Below, one piece after another: positions 56,518 through 64,000 of a stretch of 64,000 nucleotides of DNA. The position numbers and the translations under genes were made by a program. Positions within the stretch are counted from its first letter, which is position 1. The number at the start of each line of letters is the position of its first letter. The notes below the pieces were generated by a model that was not told the DNA's origin, ran no database searches, and worked only from the letters and a program-made list of their open reading frames with translations. Source of the DNA: Eledone cirrhosa (lineage: Eukaryota); NCBI GenBank assembly GCA_964016885.1, contig OZ024748.1, forward strand, positions 11,470,001 to 11,534,000, read 5' to 3'.

Positions 56518-57460
56518 TTGATGTTGGCGGTGGTGTTGGTGGTGGTGTTGGTGGTGGTGTTGGTGGTGGTGTTGGTGGTGGTGTTGGTGGTGGTGTTGGC
56601 GGTGGTGTTGGTGGTGGTGTTGGTGGTGATTTTGGTGGTGGTGTTGGTGGCGATGTTGGTGGTGATGTTGGTGGTGGTGTTGGCGGTGGTGTTGGTGGTG
56701 GTGTTGGCGGTGGTGTTGGTGGTGGTGTTGGTGGTGGTGTTGGTGGTGATGTTGGTGGTGGTGTTGGTGGTGATGATGGTGGTGGTGTTGGTGGCGATGT
56801 TGGTGGTGATGTTGGCGGTGGTGTTGATGGTGGTGTTGGTGGTGATGTTGGTGGTGGTGTTGGCGGTGGTATTGGTGGTGATGTTGGTGGTGATGTTGGT
56901 GGTGGTGTTGGTGGTGGTGTTGATGGTGGTGTTGGCGGTGGTATTGGTGGTGATGTTGGCGGTGGTGTTGATGGTGGTGTTGGTGGTGATGTTGGTGGTG
57001 GTGTTGGCGGTGGTATTGGTGGTGGTGTTGGTGGTGATGTTGGTGGTGGTGTTGGTGGTGGTGTTGGTGGTGTTGTTGGTGGTGATGTTGGTGGTGGTGT
57101 TGGCGGTGATGTTGGTGGTGGTGTTGGCGGTGGTGTTGGTGGTGGTGTTGGCGTTGTTGTTGGTGTTGGTGTTGGCGGTGTTGTTGTTGGTGGTGGTGTT
57201 GGCGGTGATGTTGGTGGTGGTGTTGGTGGTGGTGTTGGTGGTGGTGTTGGTGGTGATGTTGGCGGTGGTGTTGGTGGTGATGTTGGCAGTGGTGTTGATG
57301 GTGGTGTTGGTGGTGGTGTTGGTGGTGGTGTTGATGGTGATGTTGGTGGTGGTGTTGGTGGTGGTGTTGGCGGTGGTGTTGGCGGTGTTGTTGCTGCTGT
57401 CGTTGTTGCTGTTACTGTTGCTGTTGTTGTTGTTGCTATTGCAGCAGCTGCTGCTGCTGC
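56518..57460. repeat. 12-bp-period (GTGGTGGTGTTG)n repeat
   Basis: Direct reading; the poly-V/T ORFs are artefacts. Confidence 0.95.
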
Positions 57461-57726
57461 TTTTCAATAAATGTTCTCTATTTTCAAAGCATACAATCTC
57501 GAAATTTCAATATTGCACAAATATCATACACAGGCACACCTACATGGACATACATACATGGACGCATATACATACATATACACACATATATGCGCTCACA
57601 TGCACACATACACATACACACACACGTTTATATTTATTTAGATTTAGTTATATATATACATTATACATTATATATATACATGTGTACATATATCTTGCTA
57701 TGTCTTCTAATTATATATATATTTAA

Positions 57727-58375
57727 AAATATAAGTATGTATACGTACATACATATATGTATACAGACGTACAGTAGTGTGTATATATTATATACATACA
57801 TGCACACATATATATATATGTACGTATGGATTTACCGAGCATTTATTATAATGCTCGGTTTGTTTGTAAACAAACATCCCGAATTAAGCCGTAGTGTCTA
57901 GCAACCATCGTTGCTCATTTGTTCAACACTGACAAATTAACGATGTACTAGTTTCAAGTTTATTAGCTATCGTCAGCACCGTATACCTTCCTGCCAGATG
58001 ATTGAACGTCTGAAAGTATATACTTTCCTTATGCATATTAACGGCTGAGCAACCTAATTTGCATATCGAGTGAGTTAATCGGCCGGGTGCACCGAAAACG
58101 ATAAATGGAAAATATGAAACGAAATTTCATTTCTCACTCTTAGTACGGCAGTTACTTAAATATAAGTATGTATTCGGGATGTTTGTTTACAAACAAACCG
58201 AGCATTATAATAAATGCTCGGTAAATCCATACGTACATATATATATGTGTGCATGTATGTATATATATACATACTACTGTACGTCTGTATACATATATGT
58301 ATGTACGTATACATACTTATATTTAAGTAACAGCCGTACTAAGAGTGAGAAATGAAATTTCGTTTCATTTTTTCC
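57727..58375. repeat. Nested inverted duplications
   Basis: 57727-57884 is the reverse complement of ~58172-58324, and 58107-58173 is the reverse complement of ~58310-58375. Confidence 0.85.
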
Positions 58376-59721
58376 TTTTATATATATATATATATAAATT
58401 AATAAAAACAATGAATAAAAACAAAATAACAGTTCCTTATATTAAAAAATCCATCATTTTACGATCGTTTCTAGGATATATATGTGTGTGTTGGTATGTA
58501 TATCATATGTAAAAATTTTACAAACTATCAGAGGAAATATACATACCTACACATATATATGCTGTCTTCAGAAGATTGATGTATGAGATTGGGAAAAAGT
58601 AAAGGGGTGGGTGGAAAAGGTAAGGAAGAGGAGGAGATGAGAGTAAAGAATGGTGGGGGAGGAGTATAAGAAGGAAGGATGAGAGAGGAGGAGAGATGGG
58701 TGATAGAGAGAGAGAGATAACCTTTACAACTGAGAAAAAATATATATTGTCTCACAGAGAGAAGTTAAAAAGCCGTTGGAAGATAATAGATAATTTAAAA
58801 GAATTTGAAATTAAAAGTTAATGAGGTTTATGCATGAAGAGAAAAAAGAATTAAGAATAATATTAAATTAAAGTTTGTATATTGAAGGATTTAATAACAT
58901 GTGCGAGGAAAAGAAATTATTAATATGTATTATTAAAATAAAAATATTAATGTTATTAAGGATATAATGTGAAAAGAAGGAGAAGAATGAATGAGTTATG
59001 AATTTAGAAGAATTAGTTAGGGTTTAAATTTGTTTTTATGTAATGTAATATGTGTGCGTAATACGTGTACGTAAATAGCTTGTTTAAAAATGAGCGCAGA
59101 AGGCAAAGAAGTAAAGAATGTTTAAGGAAGAAAATATCTAACATCAAAAAATATATGTTTACGAAATATTTTATAATGGTAATAATATAATATATTAAAA
59201 GAAATTAGTTAGGGTTTAAGTTGGTTTTTAAGTATTGTAATATGTATTGTGCTACAATAAAACTCACCTCCTACATATATATATATATATATATGTATGT
59301 ATATATATGTATATATATATATACAACCGGATTGGTCTGTCCCAGTCATTCATTGAGCAACATCGGTAAGGTTGGCACCATTAACTCACGGTTGGATGTG
59401 GATGCATTCATGTATATGTGTGTGTCCGCATGTATCTGTGTGTTTCTAAATATATTGTTCATAACTCCCTCTGGTCGAGTAATCTTTGAAGTGTGGTGAC
59501 TGCTGGAAAGCTGCCATTACTCATACTTCTCGCCTCCTTTACCACCTCTTCTACGGCTTCGATATAAATACCCCCTCAGCCTCCGTGGTATTTTCTTCGG
59601 GGTTATAAGAGGCTTAGCTCTGTTTCTCGACCGTTATATCGCGTGACTATCTCCCCCTCTGCCTTTTGGGATTCTTTCTCACGTCGTGTAGACGCGTTCT
59701 TGAAGCTAGTAAAATGAGGTA

Positions 59722-59811
59722 TCCTCTTGATAAGTCGGCAGACCTCGCAAGGGCTCTATATCTTTATGATGTACTGTTTTTGTTTATGCCACGAAACTAC
59801 GTAGTCGAGGA
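59722..59811 (+). ncRNA. Degenerate hammerhead ribozyme
   Basis: tcctc-ttgataa(core mutated)-gtcggca...tgccac-GAAA-ctacgtag-TC-gagga. Palindromic stem III, GUC site. Confidence 0.6.
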
Positions 59812-59880
59812 ATCTAGGAGCAGTTTAGGTATGATACATTTTATTACTAATTATATCTAAATGTTCCTTCTCTCTTCATA

Positions 59881-59988
<108 letters not shown>

Positions 59989-60022
59989 TATGTATATATA
60001 TATATGTATGTATATATATATA

Positions 60023-60752
<730 letters not shown>

Positions 60753-60770
60753 TATGTATATATATATATG

Positions 60771-60845
<75 letters not shown>

Positions 60846-60954
60846 TATATATGTATGTATATATATATAAGTATGTGTGTATATATATATGTATATATAT
60901 ATAGTGGCATGTGTTTCCATATATATATATATATATATATGTATATATTATATA

Positions 60955-60991
<37 letters not shown>

Positions 60992-61002
60992 CATGTGTTT
61001 CC

Positions 61003-61033
<31 letters not shown>

Positions 61034-61074
61034 TATATTCATGTATGTATATATGTGCGTGCGTGCGTGTAGAA

Positions 61075-61165
<91 letters not shown>

Positions 61166-61515
61166 AGGGGGTGTAGCTATACAGATGTGTTTGTGTCTAC
61201 ATAACATTTATAATTAATGATGTGATAAATCTATAGGTCTAGCGATCGACTTTCTAATTCACATCAAATATTGATTTTTCTCTAGCCATTACTTATTTTG
61301 AAGTAGGTATTAACGTTTAAAATGCATTCCTGTGTGCCAGTGTATGTGTATGTATGTGTAGGTATGTGTGTGTGTGTGTTTGTGTATTTGTAGTGTGTGT
61401 GTGAGTATATGAATGTGTCTGTATATAAACTTGTATGTTTGTGCATGTTTTCCCTTTTCTATATATTAGTAATTGTAATAATAATAATTATTATAGTAGT
61501 AGTAGTAGTAGCAGC

Positions 61516-61591
<76 letters not shown>

Positions 61592-61654
61592 TATATTAAT
61601 TTCGGTAACGATACAATTAAGTTACAACCAATTATTCACACCAGCACACATACG

Positions 61655-61757
<103 letters not shown>

Positions 61758-61772
61758 TTTTAAATATAGAAA

Positions 61773-61823
61773 AGCTTCTACAGGACTAAAACTGTTTCAT
61801 TCGTGAGAAATCATCAGGAAGCT
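61773..61823 (-). ncRNA. Type I hammerhead ribozyme (family 2)
   Basis: Reverse: agcttc-CTGATGA-tttc(tcac)gaat-GAAA-cag(ttttagtc)ctg-TA-gaagct. Perfect 6-bp stem I, 4-bp stem III, GUA site. Confidence 0.8.
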
Positions 61824-61930
61824 GACTGTCCAAGTAATATTGTGATATTTATATCTTTTCTGGTGGTATATATATAGTAGTGAAACGGTGAAGAATAACA
61901 TGGTCGGCTGTACAAAAAGGGTTTTATTTA

Positions 61931-62042
61931 CAGTATTAACAATTGTTTCATTGATCAGGTGAGTCTAAAGGCCGCTGATCACTCGAAGTTGCGTCACTCG
62001 ACCTTAAATACAGTGTGCGTCTCTGATCAAATCGGAATACTG
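61931..62042 (-). ncRNA. Degenerate hammerhead ribozyme, long stem II
   Basis: Reverse: cagtatt-ccgat(core partly deleted)-ttgatcag...ctgatcaat-GAAA-caattg-TT-aatactg. 7-bp stem I. Confidence 0.55.
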
Positions 62043-62407
62043 GAGGGTGTAACACACACAACCTCTAACTGGATTACCTAAAACGACAACATGTTATCCC
62101 ATATATGTAGTGACATACAACGTTGCATGGACATCTTAAATTTTGCGGAGCCCATCCCCTCCCCAGATCTGAATACAGCCGATTTCTTTCAAAGAAAGAG
62201 AAATAGAGAAAAGGATATATAGGAAGAATCGACATGAGTTCTAAACCAGTACTTTTTTATCGTCCTCAGCAGAATTTGAACTCAGAGAGGGAGGTTCCGG
62301 AACAAACACCGTAAGGCAGTCTATCTGCCAAATCGCCGCCATATTGAAAATAAGAGTGAAAGTATTTGTTGTAGGTTTGTGATAGAACTCCTAATACAGA
62401 TTAGAAG

Positions 62408-62555
62408 ACTAAATACTGTATGGTACTAAATACTGTATGGTACTAAATACTGTATGGTACTAAATACTGTATGGTACTAAATACTGTATCGTACTGTATA
62501 CTCTCGGAGACTAAATACTATAAGAGCCTAAATATTGTCAGAGACTAAATACTGC
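62408..62555. repeat. 17-bp minisatellite (actaaatactgtatggt)
   Basis: About 5 clean copies plus degenerate ones. Confidence 0.9.
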
Positions 62556-63406
62556 TAGGTACTATTTTCTTGAGCTTTATTTTCTCTACTAAGACATAGA
62601 CCCGTAGCTGTAGATGAAAAGGAAAAAAATTCTAGTTTGTCTACTGAGACGTAAAATACATATGCCAAAAGCATTTCATGGCAAATAGACATGAAATAAA
62701 AGTTGGAAATATCAATATTCCAAGGATATGCATAGTTCTGATCACATATTACAAGAGACCATGAATAAAACAGATTATAATCTCAGGCTGTTATGACAAT
62801 TCCTATCACGAAATCTCATACATCAAAACATCAAATATTATAGAAAGAGAACTATAGATTATCTTTGTATGACATGTTTTGTTCTAATCACAGATTACAA
62901 GAAATTGTGAATAGAAAGAAACCAAGGATAAAATCTCTACCATTTATTTTTCTCTGTAGTATTTTTCTCTGTAAAACCTGAGGGGGAGGGAGTTTGAGAG
63001 AAGGGGGGAAGGGGGGGGGGGGAGATTGACAGGCAGACAAAAAGTGAGAAATGGAAATACAAATACAAAAGCAAAGACAGAATAAAAAGCACTTAGAATC
63101 AAACCTTTCAGAAATACTGTTGGACTAATTCAATTTTGAAAGGAATGAAACAGTTTTAGGTGAATAACTTGTCTCAGGATCAAAATGATGCTCAATTTTA
63201 ACTGAGCCGTTATTTAAGAGAAACTGGGATCAATTGTTGGAGATCCATCAATTGTTTTCATTTGCACATAGGAACATATTTAGAATAGGTGTAAATAGTT
63301 AACGATATAGATACAGTGATATGTATAGCTAAATGGATATATACATGCATGAAACAATACAGAGACACAGGCACACACACACAGAAACACACACACATAC
63401 TCACAC

Positions 63407-63454
<48 letters not shown>

Positions 63455-63720
63455 AAAGGTAAACAGAAATAACACAATTGGTACAGTATATGGAAGGAAT
63501 ATATTAGGTTAACGCTTGAAATAGCAGGAAGAGGGTCTTAACGTTTCAGATGCTAGTCCTTCAAAAGGAACACGAGACATCTATCAAGAGTTTAGATGTG
63601 GATTGCGCATATAAACTCACATATCTGAGGAGATGTCGAAGAAGATCGCCTTCATCACATCCGAGCTAATCGCTATTGTATTTAATCTGTTATTTTAATA
63701 TATATATATGTGTGTGTGTG

Positions 63721-63739
<19 letters not shown>

Positions 63740-63762
<23 letters not shown>

Positions 63763-63928
63763 AAAGTTTTATTTAAATTGTTGGGATACAACAAGCAAAT
63801 ATTTTTATAACTGATATAAAGCACTCGACAAATATTTGGAGTAGATATACGATATTAATTATCCTTGAAATATATATAATGAAATAAATATGGTTTTATA
63901 AATATAGTTTCCATTTATTAATATCGTA
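63740..63928. mobile_element. Family 3 element: inverted tail plus forward hammerhead 3' half
   Basis: 63740-63858 is the reverse complement of the 19625-19724 tail. 63863-63928 (ccttGAAAtatatataatgaaata...) is the forward copy. (TA)n on both sides. Confidence 0.75.
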
Positions 63929-64000
63929 TATATATATATATATAATGTATATAATATAAATACGTATGTGTGTGTATTCCCCTACACCCCAGTTCCCCTT

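Overview
AT-rich, microsatellite-saturated eukaryotic non-coding DNA; the SINE and simple-repeat landscape suggests an octopus-like cephalopod (inference). No intact protein-coding gene is supportable, and nearly all listed ORFs are simple-repeat artefacts. Supported features: one intact tRNA-Lys(CTT); about 25 tRNA-derived SINE copies from at least 3 families; a ~600-bp non-autonomous RTE-type element with a (TATG)n tail (7 copies); 3' fragments of restriction-like-endonuclease LINEs sitting in (TACA)n; a hAT MITE with TSD; a non-autonomous Helitron; decayed RTE and hAT coding remnants; and several minisatellites. The main hidden signal is a dense population of type I hammerhead ribozymes (about 10 with intact cores, plus about 10 degenerate or half copies, found by eye). 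They lie in short non-coding elements embedded in (TA)n, resembling Penelope-like pLTRs or retrozymes. Many copies form fold-back palindromes, three of them centred on the ribozyme's stem II loop, and unrelated families share a 3' tail hairpin motif. All structures were read manually and need computational confirmation.
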